From an uncultured bacterium (GTDB taxonomy: Bacteria; Abyssobacteria; SURF-5), in assembly GCA_964607485.1 (NCBI GenBank), contig CAZSKP010000006.1, positions 75,344 through 139,343 of the forward strand: a DNA stretch of 64,000 bases. Direction: 5' to 3'. Each line of letters opens with the position of its first letter. Within the stretch, counting starts at the first letter, position 1. The notes under the pieces were generated by a model. The model was not told where the DNA came from. It ran no database searches and saw only the letters and a program-made list of their open reading frames with translations. Shown here one piece after another: positions 19,208 to 29,322 of the stretch. The translations under genes were made by a program, and so were the position numbers.

Positions 19208-20188
19208 ATGACCATGAATGATGCTGGAGCAATCTACTGCAGCGTCGTATCTCCCATGTTCAACGAGGAAGCCAATATCGCTTCCACCGTCGAGACCATC
19301 GAGAAGGTCATGGACGGCATCGGCAAACCGTGGGAGCTCATTCTGGTAAACGACGGCAGCACCGACCACACCGAAGAGGCAGCCGACAAAATCTGCCGGG
19401 AAAAACCCTATGCCAGACTGCTCTCCTACAAGCGCAACCGGGGTCGCGGCAAGGCGCTCCGCACGGGCTTCGCACAGGCGAGAGGACGATTCATACTCAC
19501 GATAGAATCCGACCTTAGCTGGGACGCCTCGCTCATGCCGGCCATGTTGCGCATCCTGGAGGAAGACGAAGCCGACATGGTTCTCGCTTCGCCCTATGCG
19601 AAGGGGGGCGGAACGGAGGGGGTGCCACCGGCCCGGCTCATGATAAGCCGGTTGGGCAATCTCATACTGAATTTCGTGATTCCGGGCAATTTCAAGATGG
19701 TCACCCAGATGTTTCGGGCATATAAGCGTGAGGTCATCGATTCGCTTGAACTCGAATCGGACGATAAAGAGATTCACCTGGAAATACTCTCGAAAGCCCT
19801 CGCGCTGGGATATCGCGCGAAGGAAATACCCGCGGTTCTGCGGTCTCGCGGGTCGGGCAAGTCGAAGTTCAAGCTGGGTAAGACCGTGGCGTCGCACCTG
19901 GCCTTTTCGTATTTCGAGAAGCCGCTTTTTCTGTTCGGACTTGCGGGACTCGCTTTCCTGGCGCTCGCCCTCGCCATCGGAATATATCTCCTGGTAGAGT
20001 TTTCCCGGGGCGCGCTCAACCCCGACCGACCGCTGATGACGCTGATAGTCATCCTGATCATCGGCGGACTCCAATTCGTCTCTTTGGGCCTCGTTGGCAC
20101 CCAGATAGTCCAACTTCGAAAAGAGATCTATCGTATTCAGATGAAGAATCGCGAGCTGGAGCGACAGGTCTCGGGCGGAAAACGCTGA
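19208..20188 (+). CDS. GT2 polyprenol-phosphate glycosyltransferase (DPM1/ArnC-like) with 2 C-terminal TMs
   Basis: VVSPMFNEE, VNDGSTD, NRGRGKA, ESDL. Confidence 0.85.
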   Translation: MTMNDAGAIYCSVVSPMFNEEANIASTVETIEKVMDGIGKPWELILVNDGSTDHTEEAADKICREKPYARLLSYKRNRGRGKALRTGFAQARGRFILTIESDLSWDASLMPAMLRILEEDEADMVLASPYAKGGGTEGVPPARLMISRLGNLILNFVIPGNFKMVTQMFRAYKREVIDSLELESDDKEIHLEILSKALALGYRAKEIPAVLRSRGSGKSKFKLGKTVASHLAFSYFEKPLFLFGLAGLAFLALALAIGIYLLVEFSRGALNPDRPLMTLIVILIIGGLQFVSLGLVGTQIVQLRKEIYRIQMKNRELERQVSGGKR

Positions 20189-20189
20189 G

Positions 20190-21377
20190 GTGATAACGAC
20201 CGGGCCAATGCGTCGCTCTGTCTGCCTGCTCACGAATGCATACCCCGATTTTCCCGATTCCAACCGCGTCGTGTTCATCCGTGCTCTCGCTCAATTGCTC
20301 TCCCGGGAAGGCTGGACGGTCTCGGTCGTCGCTCCGCGCATTTTCCCCGGCAGCAGGCGGAGCGAGCGCGAGGGCGCGGTCGAGATTCGGCGATTTTTCT
20401 CTTTCATGGGCCATAAGCTGCTCGTCGAGTATTCGCGGGTTCCGGTCTTTCGCCTGATAGGATATATGGCCGCCGGCATCCTTTCCGCCATACGCTGCGT
20501 TCGCAAGAAGAAATGCGAGTTGATACACGCCCATTGGGCCATCCCCGCCGGGTTGATGGCGCTTGTCGTCGGCAGGATATGCGGAAAGCCGGTCATTGTT
20601 ACGGCTCATGGCTCGGATATATTGGTCACGCCCAAAGGTAACGCTCTGATAACGAATATCGTCAGGCTCGTGTTGAATCGCGCGGATGCAGTCACTTCGG
20701 TCGCCGAGCACCTGACGGCCGAGATTATCGGCATGGGTATTCCGGAGGACAAGCTTCTCACATTTCCGATGAGCGTGCTCCCTGAGTCGTTTCAGGCCGA
20801 TGGGCCGTTGCCAGACGGCTGGGGCGCGGAGCGCGTGATATTCAGCAATCGAAGCCTCTATCCCGTGTACGATATCGAGTCGCTCGTAAGGGCGGCTTCG
20901 GCGATTCTCGAGAGGGTTCCCGATGCAAAGGTGCTCATCGCGGGAGAGGGGCCCGAGGCGGGCAGGCTCGCCTCTCTTGCCCGCGAACTGGGTGTAGCCG
21001 AACGAGTGGAACTCCTGGGGGCGGTTCCTCACGAGCAGATGCCCAAATACCTGAGAGGCGCATCGGCGTATGTTTCGACTGCGCTTTCCGACGGCGCGTC
21101 GGTTTCCTTGCTCGAAGCGATGGCGTGCGGGACATTTCCCATCGTTGCCGATATTCCCGCGAATCGTGAATGGATCGAAGATGGCAGAAACGGGTTCTTG
21201 TTTCCGCCCAACGATGCCGACGCGTTGGCGCGGAAGGTGGAGGAGTGTCTCAACCAACCCGGCCTTGTGGCGAAGGCGCGCGAAATCAACGCGCGGCTGA
21301 TTTACGAGAGGGCTCGATGGAGATCGAACATAGAGAAACTGCTCGGGCTATACGAGAGAGTTACGGCTCGGTCGTAA
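20190..21377 (+). CDS. GT4 glycosyltransferase
   Basis: IHAHWAIPAG, TAHGSDI, LLEAMACG. Confidence 0.88.
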   Translation: MITTGPMRRSVCLLTNAYPDFPDSNRVVFIRALAQLLSREGWTVSVVAPRIFPGSRRSEREGAVEIRRFFSFMGHKLLVEYSRVPVFRLIGYMAAGILSAIRCVRKKKCELIHAHWAIPAGLMALVVGRICGKPVIVTAHGSDILVTPKGNALITNIVRLVLNRADAVTSVAEHLTAEIIGMGIPEDKLLTFPMSVLPESFQADGPLPDGWGAERVIFSNRSLYPVYDIESLVRAASAILERVPDAKVLIAGEGPEAGRLASLARELGVAERVELLGAVPHEQMPKYLRGASAYVSTALSDGASVSLLEAMACGTFPIVADIPANREWIEDGRNGFLFPPNDADALARKVEECLNQPGLVAKAREINARLIYERARWRSNIEKLLGLYERVTARS

Positions 21378-21397
21378 GCGCGGAGGGAGGCAAGGGA

Positions 21398-22579
21398 CTG
21401 AGGGTCTTCTTCCTTGCGCTCACGGTGGATGCCGGCGCGTATCAGGGCGACAGCACCCACGTCAGGGAATTGGTTTCTCATCTGCGACAGATGGGACATC
21501 ATGTCCGCTGGGTGGCCCGACAGAGCAGCGGCCGCACGGGGTGGTCCGACCCCTTCTTCCACTGCGTGAGCCGCGCTCCCAAACCGGCCGGCGAGCTCAT
21601 GCGCCTGTTGCAGTTGTTGCTTTCAATGGGATGGGGCACATATCACATCCTTCGACACACCTCGGACGCGGACATCATATACTCTCGCGACCGGTTCTCT
21701 CTGCTGCTCGCTCTGCTTCCGGCGAAGCTTGCGCGCAAGCCGATTGTGTATGAGGTCAACGGGTTGACCAGTGAGCAGCGCAAGATGCACGGCGACTACC
21801 TGCTGAATCGACTGTACGTATGGCTGCTCGAGACTCTCGACAAGCTGGCGTTCAAGAACGCGGCCCGCGTCGTCTGCGTGACCGACGCAATCAGGGATTT
21901 CTACTGCGGGCGCCATCCCGCATATGCGGACAAGTTCCTCACCGTCAACAACGGTGTCAATACGAAGCTTTTTCATCCTCTCCCCGTGGATGAGGAGGTC
22001 GCCGAGCTCAGGAAACGGCTGGGATTCGATGAGGGCGAGGAGATCGTCGCGTATGTAGGCAACCTTTCGATTTGGCAGGGAGTCGAATACCTCATCAGGA
22101 GTGCTCCAAAAGTCGTGAAGGGCAATCCCGCCGTCAGGTTTATGATTGTGGGCCATGGCCCGACGCTTTCCGCGTGCCGGAAGCTTGCCGACGAGCTGGG
22201 CGTCGGCGACAAGTTCAAATTTGTCGGGCAGGCGCCTTATACGTCGCTGGCGTACTACATCAATATCGCCGACGTCTGCGTGGCGCCGTACACGCGCGAC
22301 ATTCCCAATTGCCCAATCAAAGTCTACGAGTACCTCGCCTGCGGGAAACCCGTCGTGTGCTCCGACATCCCCGGAATCGACAACTTGCGTCGAAGCGGAG
22401 CCGTCGTTCTGACCGAGCCGTGCAACCCCGACGCGCTCGCGTCGGCCCTGCTGAGGGTGCTCGCGGACATGCACGCCAGGACCGCCCAAAGAGAGCTGGG
22501 CCCGAAGGCGGTGGCGGAATACACGTGGGTGAACACCGCCGGCAAGGTGGCCGCCATCTGCGAAAAAGTGGCGAGCTAG
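21398..22579 (+). CDS. GT4 glycosyltransferase (start probably CTG 21398; alternative ATG 21317)
   Basis: YEVNG, NGVN, YVGNL..WQG, PIKVYEYLACGKPVV; GGAGGGAGG 7 nt before the CTG. Confidence 0.85.
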   Translation: MRVFFLALTVDAGAYQGDSTHVRELVSHLRQMGHHVRWVARQSSGRTGWSDPFFHCVSRAPKPAGELMRLLQLLLSMGWGTYHILRHTSDADIIYSRDRFSLLLALLPAKLARKPIVYEVNGLTSEQRKMHGDYLLNRLYVWLLETLDKLAFKNAARVVCVTDAIRDFYCGRHPAYADKFLTVNNGVNTKLFHPLPVDEEVAELRKRLGFDEGEEIVAYVGNLSIWQGVEYLIRSAPKVVKGNPAVRFMIVGHGPTLSACRKLADELGVGDKFKFVGQAPYTSLAYYINIADVCVAPYTRDIPNCPIKVYEYLACGKPVVCSDIPGIDNLRRSGAVVLTEPCNPDALASALLRVLADMHARTAQRELGPKAVAEYTWVNTAGKVAAICEKVAS

Positions 22580-22661
22580 CCGCTCATGCGTTTCTATGCT
22601 TGGGACGCTCGCGCCTCTTGCCGCTGTCTGAGAAAACGATAACGTGCAAACATAATTGCCC

Positions 22662-24839
22662 ATGGTAACCAGGTCAGACCGTCTGCGTTCGCTTCCATCC
22701 GCTCTCGACACGGGTGAAAACCGCCGGTTCTGCGTGACTCTGGCGGCAGCAATTCTGATCCTGTGCGTCATGGCGCTGCCGCTATTTCGCGGGCTTGTCT
22801 ATACGTTCAACGACCTCGGAGACTACCACCTTCCGATTCGCTTCTTCTACGCGCAGAGCCTGGCAGCCGGCGAGAGCTTCATCTGGCTGCCGAATATTTT
22901 CTGCGGTTTTTATATCCACGGCGAAGGCCAGGCGGGCATGCTTCATCCACTTCATCTCATCCTCTACCGAGTGCTGCCGCTCGATACCGCATTCAACATT
23001 GACTTGTTGTTCAGCTATCCGTTCATGCTGGCGGGCATGTTCCTTTTCTTGCGGCGCTGGAACATTCGCCGTGACGCGTCTATGTTTGGAGCGCTCGTGT
23101 TCGCGTTTTCCGGATTCGATCTCCTCCATTTCATACATATGAACTTGGTGGCTGTGGCCGCGCATATTCCGTGGCTCCTATTGGCCGTCGATGTTGCCGT
23201 GCGTGGTCGCAGCGCCAGGAGCGAGGCCTTAGGCGGTTTGGGCGTAGTGTTGCTTACGGCATCCCAGCTCCTCCTCGGTTTTCCGCAGTTCGTCTTTTTC
23301 TCACTGTTGCTCGAAATCTTGTACGCCGCGTTTCTTGCAGCATCATTGAAAAGAGTCCGGCGGCTGCTGCCACTGGGTGGGGCAATAATATTGGGTCTGC
23401 TTGCGGGTTCCGTTCAGATATTTCCTACCTTGGATGTTTTGTCTGCTTCGGTTCGTGAGACTCCGCAGCCGGACTTTCTCTACTGGCGCTCTTTGCACCC
23501 CATTAACCTCGTACAGTTGGTGGGGCCGTATTTTTTCCGAGGCCGAGTGTTCGGCGACAACACTCACGAACTGGGAATATATAACGGGGCAATTACGTTG
23601 GTGTTGCTCATTGTGCTTGTGCTCCGGAGGAAGGAATGGGGCTCGATGCGACAACTGACCGCGGGCGCCCTTGGGTTGGGGGCTGTGGCCTTCGTTCTTG
23701 CTTTGGGGAAATATGGTTATCTGTATCGGCTGCAAACGCTGCTGCCGCTCGTCGGACTGTTTCGAGGGCCTGTCCGTTACATCTTCGTGTTTCACTTCGC
23801 TATGGCGATTTGCGCTGCGATTGCCTTCAGCGAGCTTTCGGCTCTTGTCCAGAAGCGGGAGCGACTCGCGTGGCGCAAGCTCTGGCCGCTGGGGCTGGTG
23901 CCGATTGCGAGCATACTGCCGGTCATCTTCCTGTTTTGGGCCGATGGGCATCTCGACCCCGCGACGGCGCAGAAGATTTTTCGGTACATCGCACCGCAAA
24001 ATCTGGTGCTCGTAGGTCCGGTGCTTCTGACTCTGGCGACCGTAATCGTCGTCGCCGCATCGCGGGGGAGCCGGGTTGCCCTGGTGGGAGTAATATTGTT
24101 TGCCGCTGCCGATTTGGGCGCTTACGGGCTGACCTACATCTGGAGCAGTCCGCCGGCCGACATCGCGTCTTTTAAAGATTCCCTGTTGATGCCTCCCGAG
24201 GTGTCCGGGCACCGGATTCAATCCGCAGACGACGCGTTGATCATGAAGGGAGCCAGCCTTGCCAGCGGGTACGTCGCCCTGGAGCCAAAGCACAAGCTCG
24301 ACGACGAAAGCAGAGGGCGTCTGCGACTGGCGGACGTGAGCTGGGTTTGGGCCAAGCGCGGCGAGCCGTTGTATGGAAAAATTTACGGTTGGCAAGTTCC
24401 CGATCCCTTGCCGCGGGCCAGGCTCGTGTCGAGGACGGTTGTGAGCTCCGACCCCGGCAGAGATATCGACACCATCGATATAGATACGACCGCGCTCGTC
24501 TCGGAAGAACTCGGCCTGCCGGGAGGGCAGCCGGGCAGCGCGACCATCGTGAGCGACCGCCCGGGCGAAATCAGCGTGACCACCGACGCCGAATCCAGGC
24601 AGTTTCTGGTCCTGTCGGAGAGCTATCACGATGGCTGGCGGGCGAGCGTTGACGGCAGGGAGACCCCGGTGGTACGGGCGTACGGCGATTTCATGGGCTG
24701 TGTCGTGGATGCCGGCACGCACAAAGTAGAGTTTTCGTTTCGTCCGAAGAGCCTCCGAGTGGGCGCATGGTTCTCCGCGCTCGGGCTGGGGCTCACGCTT
24801 GTCTTCTTTCTTGTCTTGTTACATCCTCGGGAGGGATAA
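22662..24839 (+). CDS. YfhO-family GT-C membrane protein
   Basis: DL..YHLP, WLPNIFCGF, LHPL, many TMs, C-terminal LVLSESYHDGWRASVDG. Confidence 0.8.
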   Translation: MVTRSDRLRSLPSALDTGENRRFCVTLAAAILILCVMALPLFRGLVYTFNDLGDYHLPIRFFYAQSLAAGESFIWLPNIFCGFYIHGEGQAGMLHPLHLILYRVLPLDTAFNIDLLFSYPFMLAGMFLFLRRWNIRRDASMFGALVFAFSGFDLLHFIHMNLVAVAAHIPWLLLAVDVAVRGRSARSEALGGLGVVLLTASQLLLGFPQFVFFSLLLEILYAAFLAASLKRVRRLLPLGGAIILGLLAGSVQIFPTLDVLSASVRETPQPDFLYWRSLHPINLVQLVGPYFFRGRVFGDNTHELGIYNGAITLVLLIVLVLRRKEWGSMRQLTAGALGLGAVAFVLALGKYGYLYRLQTLLPLVGLFRGPVRYIFVFHFAMAICAAIAFSELSALVQKRERLAWRKLWPLGLVPIASILPVIFLFWADGHLDPATAQKIFRYIAPQNLVLVGPVLLTLATVIVVAASRGSRVALVGVILFAAADLGAYGLTYIWSSPPADIASFKDSLLMPPEVSGHRIQSADDALIMKGASLASGYVALEPKHKLDDESRGRLRLADVSWVWAKRGEPLYGKIYGWQVPDPLPRARLVSRTVVSSDPGRDIDTIDIDTTALVSEELGLPGGQPGSATIVSDRPGEISVTTDAESRQFLVLSESYHDGWRASVDGRETPVVRAYGDFMGCVVDAGTHKVEFSFRPKSLRVGAWFSALGLGLTLVFFLVLLHPREG

Positions 24840-24946
24840 TCCCAATCTGAACTCTTTCACTACCACAGGTCTTCTTGACACACCTCGGCTGTTCCAAATA
24901 TGATTTATGTTTGTGAATCAAGGGCACAAGGGAAATTCACATACCG

Positions 24947-25948
24947 ATGCCGCGAAAGAACATTTCTATTGGATTTTTCGATCCCGTCGGCGAGATGACC
25001 GGGGGGAGGGCGTACCGGGAGGCCGTGCGCGAGGCCTTGGGCAAGAGATACGACGTTGAGGTGTTCACCGCCACCGGTGAGGCCGGAATAATCCCTTCGG
25101 TCAGGCTCCGGCGAATGGCCGAAATAGCGAGAGTAAAGGCACCCAAAGGCGTTTGGATTCGAGATTTCTATCCCGTCGTCGGCATGAGCATTCGACGGAA
25201 TCCGGGAAAGAACATAGCCCTTTTTCTCCACATGTACACCGAAGGCGAGCAATCCGACATCTTGGGGCGGCTGTTCACGAGCCTGTTCTTCCGCAACATC
25301 AGGAAATGCGAGCGCGTCGTCACAATCGCGAATTTCTGGAAGGACTATCTCACGCGACTCGGCATAGGGAATGTCCGGGTGATACTAAACGCAATTGACC
25401 CGGCAGAATTCACCTTCCAGCCCGATGAGATCGAAGCGTTCAAAAGAAAATATTCTCTGACCGACGCCGCCGTGGTTTATATCGGCAACTGCCGCAGGAA
25501 TAAGGGGGTTGTCGAAGCGTATGACGCGCTTAAGGACCGGGGGTATCATCTGGTGACAAGCGGCGAGCCCGACGTTCGGCTTCCGTGCCCGAACTTCAAC
25601 TTACCATATCGCGAATATCTCCTCCTGCTCAAGGCGTCATCGGTGGTGGTCACGCTGTCGAAGTTTCGAGAAGGCTGGTGCAGAACCGCTCACGAGGCGA
25701 TGCTCTGCAAGACCCCCGTCGTGGGGTCGGGCGCGGGCGGAATGGCCGAGCTGCTTGAAGGTGGAGGGCAGTTCATATGCCGGGACGTCTCCGAGCTTCC
25801 GCATATGGTCGAGACCGCCATGAGCCGGAGCGAGGCGGTGGGGGAGGAGGGGTACAAGTTCGCGAGCGCTTTGACGGTGGAGCGGTTTGAAAGAGAATGG
25901 TCGGAGCTGATAGAGGAGGTGGTGCACGACGATTCTCGGCCCCGGTAA
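24947..25948 (+). CDS. GT4 glycosyltransferase
   Basis: KGV, EGWCRTAHEAMLCKTPVVGS. Has its own TTGACA-18-TATGAT promoter at 24875-24904. Confidence 0.8.
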   Translation: MPRKNISIGFFDPVGEMTGGRAYREAVREALGKRYDVEVFTATGEAGIIPSVRLRRMAEIARVKAPKGVWIRDFYPVVGMSIRRNPGKNIALFLHMYTEGEQSDILGRLFTSLFFRNIRKCERVVTIANFWKDYLTRLGIGNVRVILNAIDPAEFTFQPDEIEAFKRKYSLTDAAVVYIGNCRRNKGVVEAYDALKDRGYHLVTSGEPDVRLPCPNFNLPYREYLLLLKASSVVVTLSKFREGWCRTAHEAMLCKTPVVGSGAGGMAELLEGGGQFICRDVSELPHMVETAMSRSEAVGEEGYKFASALTVERFEREWSELIEEVVHDDSRPR

Positions 25949-25979
25949 GCCCACAGGCGAGACGGAACAGCGGTCGGCG

Positions 25980-27440
25980 ATGCGGGCGCCGTTTTCCCGG
26001 ATTCTCGAAAGGCTATCCGTTCCCGACGACATCGTCCGCCTCTCCACGGATACCGTTTACTACGGCGTCGGCAAGGGAGCCGAGGCGCTGGCGGCTCTCG
26101 TTCTGATTCCCGTGCTCACGCGCGCCTTTTCCCCCGCCCAGTTCGGCCTGTGGGACGTCACCATGACGTTCTTCCTGCTCACGACGACCGTGGCATCTCT
26201 GGCGCTGGAGCCGGCGCTTGCCGCGTTCTACTTCGAGACGCAGCAAGGCGAACAAAGAAGACTCGTCGCCTCGACGTCTGTCCATTTCCGGCTTGTTTCG
26301 TCTGTCCTTGTCGCAATCCCGGTCTTTGCGCTTGCGCCCCACATTTCGCGGATTATATTCGACACGCCCGAACACGCCTCGTATTTTCGGATTGTGGCGG
26401 CTGCCATCCCATTCTTTCTCATGGTCAACGTATTCAAGCAGATCCTTCGCATCGACTTCGCCCCGGGGAAATTCAACGTCGTCGCGGTGGGCCACGCGTG
26501 CCTTTACGCGGCGCTGGGCATTTTTCTCGTAACGACGATGCAGATGGGAGTGACGGGAATTTTGCTCGGCATGCTCGGGGCGGCAGTTTGTTTTTCGTTG
26601 GTCGGCGGGGCGCTGGCTTCGCGGCTGGTTTCCTTTGAGTTCTCGGGCCGGGAGCTCAAGAATATGCTCGCCTTCGGCCTTCCATTGCTGCCCTCCCTGT
26701 TGGCGTACTGGGTGATCGATTTTTCGGACCGATACTTTCTGACGAAGCTCAGCACGCTCGAGCAGGTGGGCATCTATTCGGTGGGCGCCAGGATAAGCTC
26801 GATAATTATCCTGTTCGTCACCTCGTTCCAGATGGCATGGGCTCCGGTGGCACTGAGCTTTCAGCACCGGCCGGACGCGAAGGAACGATATTCCCGCGGC
26901 CTTTTCTTCTTCCTTGTCGTCGCCCTCACGGCAGCCACCGCCATCGTCGTCTTCGCCAGGCCTATCCTCATCGTTTTAACTCAGCCGAAATATTATGGGG
27001 CGGAGAAGGTGGTCGGCCTGCTTGTGCTGGCGACCGTCGCTTTTGGCGCGTTCCTCATCATAAACATCGGCCTAATACTCACGAAGAAGACCTCGCTCAC
27101 CAGCATTGCCATCGCGGTAGGAGCTGTCATCAACCTCGCGCTGAACTATCTGCTCATTCCCCGGTTCCAGATGATGGGCGCCGCGGTCGCAACGCTGGTT
27201 TCGTATTCTGTGGCTGTGGCGCTCCTGTACCGGTTCGCCCAAAGACACTATCCGATAGACTACGGAATTCCGCGGATAGCCAAGCTCGCGTTGCTGGCGG
27301 TTGGCGTGATGGCAGTCGCGACGGTAATTACTTTTGAGAAGTCGGTGTTCATGGATTCGCTGTTCGGCGTTGTGCTCATGGCGGTATTCCTGTTTTTGCT
27401 CATCCGCTATTTCTTACGCGACCGGATAAGGACCGAATGA
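25980..27440 (+). CDS. Wzx-like oligosaccharide flippase (MOP family)
   Basis: PVLTRAFSPAQFG, SDRYFL, VGIYSVG, LNYLLIPRFQMMGAAVAT; about 14 TMs. Confidence 0.88.
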   Translation: MRAPFSRILERLSVPDDIVRLSTDTVYYGVGKGAEALAALVLIPVLTRAFSPAQFGLWDVTMTFFLLTTTVASLALEPALAAFYFETQQGEQRRLVASTSVHFRLVSSVLVAIPVFALAPHISRIIFDTPEHASYFRIVAAAIPFFLMVNVFKQILRIDFAPGKFNVVAVGHACLYAALGIFLVTTMQMGVTGILLGMLGAAVCFSLVGGALASRLVSFEFSGRELKNMLAFGLPLLPSLLAYWVIDFSDRYFLTKLSTLEQVGIYSVGARISSIIILFVTSFQMAWAPVALSFQHRPDAKERYSRGLFFFLVVALTAATAIVVFARPILIVLTQPKYYGAEKVVGLLVLATVAFGAFLIINIGLILTKKTSLTSIAIAVGAVINLALNYLLIPRFQMMGAAVATLVSYSVAVALLYRFAQRHYPIDYGIPRIAKLALLAVGVMAVATVITFEKSVFMDSLFGVVLMAVFLFLLIRYFLRDRIRTE

Positions 27441-29305
27441 TGGAATCGATGGACGACACGCGCGACGGAACGAGGCCCGGGCGGAACTCTATGTTTGCGG
27501 CCGGCCTGTTGCTATGTTTCCTGGCAGCGCTCGTCTTCGCCAACTCGTTCAAGAACGATTTTGTCGGATATGACGACCAGAACCTCATAGTGAATAATCC
27601 CGCGATTCGCAGCCTGTCGCCTGACAATGTCGCTCAGATGTTTGTACCGAAGCTCAGGGGCAACTACCAGCCGATTCGCACGCTGTCGTATGCCATCGAT
27701 TACGCCATCTGGGGAGCGCGCCCTCTGGGCTTTCATCTGACGAACATTGTTCTCCATGCGTTGACCGTGGTCTGCGTCTGGCTTCTGCTTCGTGGCCTGT
27801 TGTCTGAGCCGGTTGCCCTGCTCGCGGCAATGCTCTTTGCGGTGCACCCTATCCACGTGGAGAGCGTGACGTGGATGTCGGCCCGGAAGGATCTTCTGTC
27901 GCTGGCCTTCTTCTTGTTGGCGATTCTGTGGTACGAAAAGTCGGAGTCGAGCGGAAAGGTCGTTCCATACGTGGGCTCAATCATCGCGACCGCGCTCGCG
28001 CTGCTTTCCAAGCTGACGGCCGTATCGCTGCCGTTCTGCATCTTGCTGCTGGAATTCTGTCGGCATGGTCGGCCGGGAGCGGCCGAACTGGGGCGAAAGC
28101 TGGTTCGCCTGTTGCCGCATTTTCTCCTGGTATGCCTGGTCGTGGGGCTGAACTTTCTCCGCGTCGGGACGATGCCCACGCATGGCGACGCGTTGGTCGG
28201 GCTTGAACAAGCTGGACACCCGTTCGTTCGCGACGTGTGGCTGAGCATGCCGATGGTTGTCTGCCGGTATATCGGTCTGCTGCTCGTCCCCTGCCGTTTG
28301 AGCACGCATTACGACGTGACCCGGCTCACGGACTTGGCCGATGCTCGGGTGCTCGTTCCTTCGGCATTTCTCGCAGCGGTCGTTCTCATTGGAGTTGTTG
28401 CTTTCTTTCGCGGCCGCATGGCGCTCGCATTTTGCATCGGATGGTTTGTCATCACGTTTCTGCCCACGTCCAATCTGGTTCCGACGGCCGCAATGATGAC
28501 CGACCGGTATATGCACATCCCCTCCATCGGATTTGCCGCCCTTCTCGCCATGGCTTTGACGTATCCCATCAAGAAAATGTCCGGCGCCACAAATCCGACC
28601 GTCCGCCTGCTTGCGCTGGCGCCGGCCCTAATCGTCATGTTGCTGTTTTCAGTGCTGACGGTCCGGCGCAACACCGATTGGCGCGACACGACCTCGTTGT
28701 TCTCCCGAACGCTGCTCGTTAATCCAAGGAGCGTCGATGCCAGGCTGGCTATCGGCGCGATGTACGACAGGGCGGGCGATTACAACGCCGCCATCGAGAT
28801 GTATCGGAGCGCGCTCGACATCGTCCCCGGCCATTATCGCGTTCTCTACGATTTGGGTGTGTCGTACATGAAGAAGGGCTGGCTCCATCAGGCCATTGAG
28901 GCCCTCGAGGAATCCCGCGCGGCGAATCCGGATTTTCTGGCGACGCATTTCAACCTTGCGCTTTCCTATCACGAACAGGGACGGTACGATGATGCGATTG
29001 CCGAGCACAGGGAAGTTTTGAGGATCAACCCCCGTTATGCCGCATCGCACGGCGATCTCGGCCGCATTTACATCGAGATGGGTGAGCCGGAACTGGCGCT
29101 GAAGGAGCTGAATCGTGCTCTCACTATCCAGCCCGACCTGGCGCCCGCCCTCATCGACAGGGCCGGCCTGTTGATACGTGAGGGCCGTTACGAAGACGCC
29201 GAGCAGGACATACGAAAGCTCGCGTCGCTCGGCGTCGATACGAGCGAATTGCGGGAAAAGCTGGTTACGGCCCGGAAAGCGAAACAGGAATCCCCTTCCG
29301 ATTGA
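27437..29305 (+). CDS. TMTC-like GT-C protein O-glycosyltransferase with C-terminal TPRs
   Basis: FVGYDD..IVNN, YQPIRTLSY, FHLTNIVLH, FAVHPIHVESVTW, DRYMHIP, RNTDWRD, followed by TPR repeats. Confidence 0.85.
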   Translation: MMESMDDTRDGTRPGRNSMFAAGLLLCFLAALVFANSFKNDFVGYDDQNLIVNNPAIRSLSPDNVAQMFVPKLRGNYQPIRTLSYAIDYAIWGARPLGFHLTNIVLHALTVVCVWLLLRGLLSEPVALLAAMLFAVHPIHVESVTWMSARKDLLSLAFFLLAILWYEKSESSGKVVPYVGSIIATALALLSKLTAVSLPFCILLLEFCRHGRPGAAELGRKLVRLLPHFLLVCLVVGLNFLRVGTMPTHGDALVGLEQAGHPFVRDVWLSMPMVVCRYIGLLLVPCRLSTHYDVTRLTDLADARVLVPSAFLAAVVLIGVVAFFRGRMALAFCIGWFVITFLPTSNLVPTAAMMTDRYMHIPSIGFAALLAMALTYPIKKMSGATNPTVRLLALAPALIVMLLFSVLTVRRNTDWRDTTSLFSRTLLVNPRSVDARLAIGAMYDRAGDYNAAIEMYRSALDIVPGHYRVLYDLGVSYMKKGWLHQAIEALEESRAANPDFLATHFNLALSYHEQGRYDDAIAEHREVLRINPRYAASHGDLGRIYIEMGEPELALKELNRALTIQPDLAPALIDRAGLLIREGRYEDAEQDIRKLASLGVDTSELREKLVTARKAKQESPSD

Positions 29306-29322
29306 CCGGTACGCTCGGAGGG

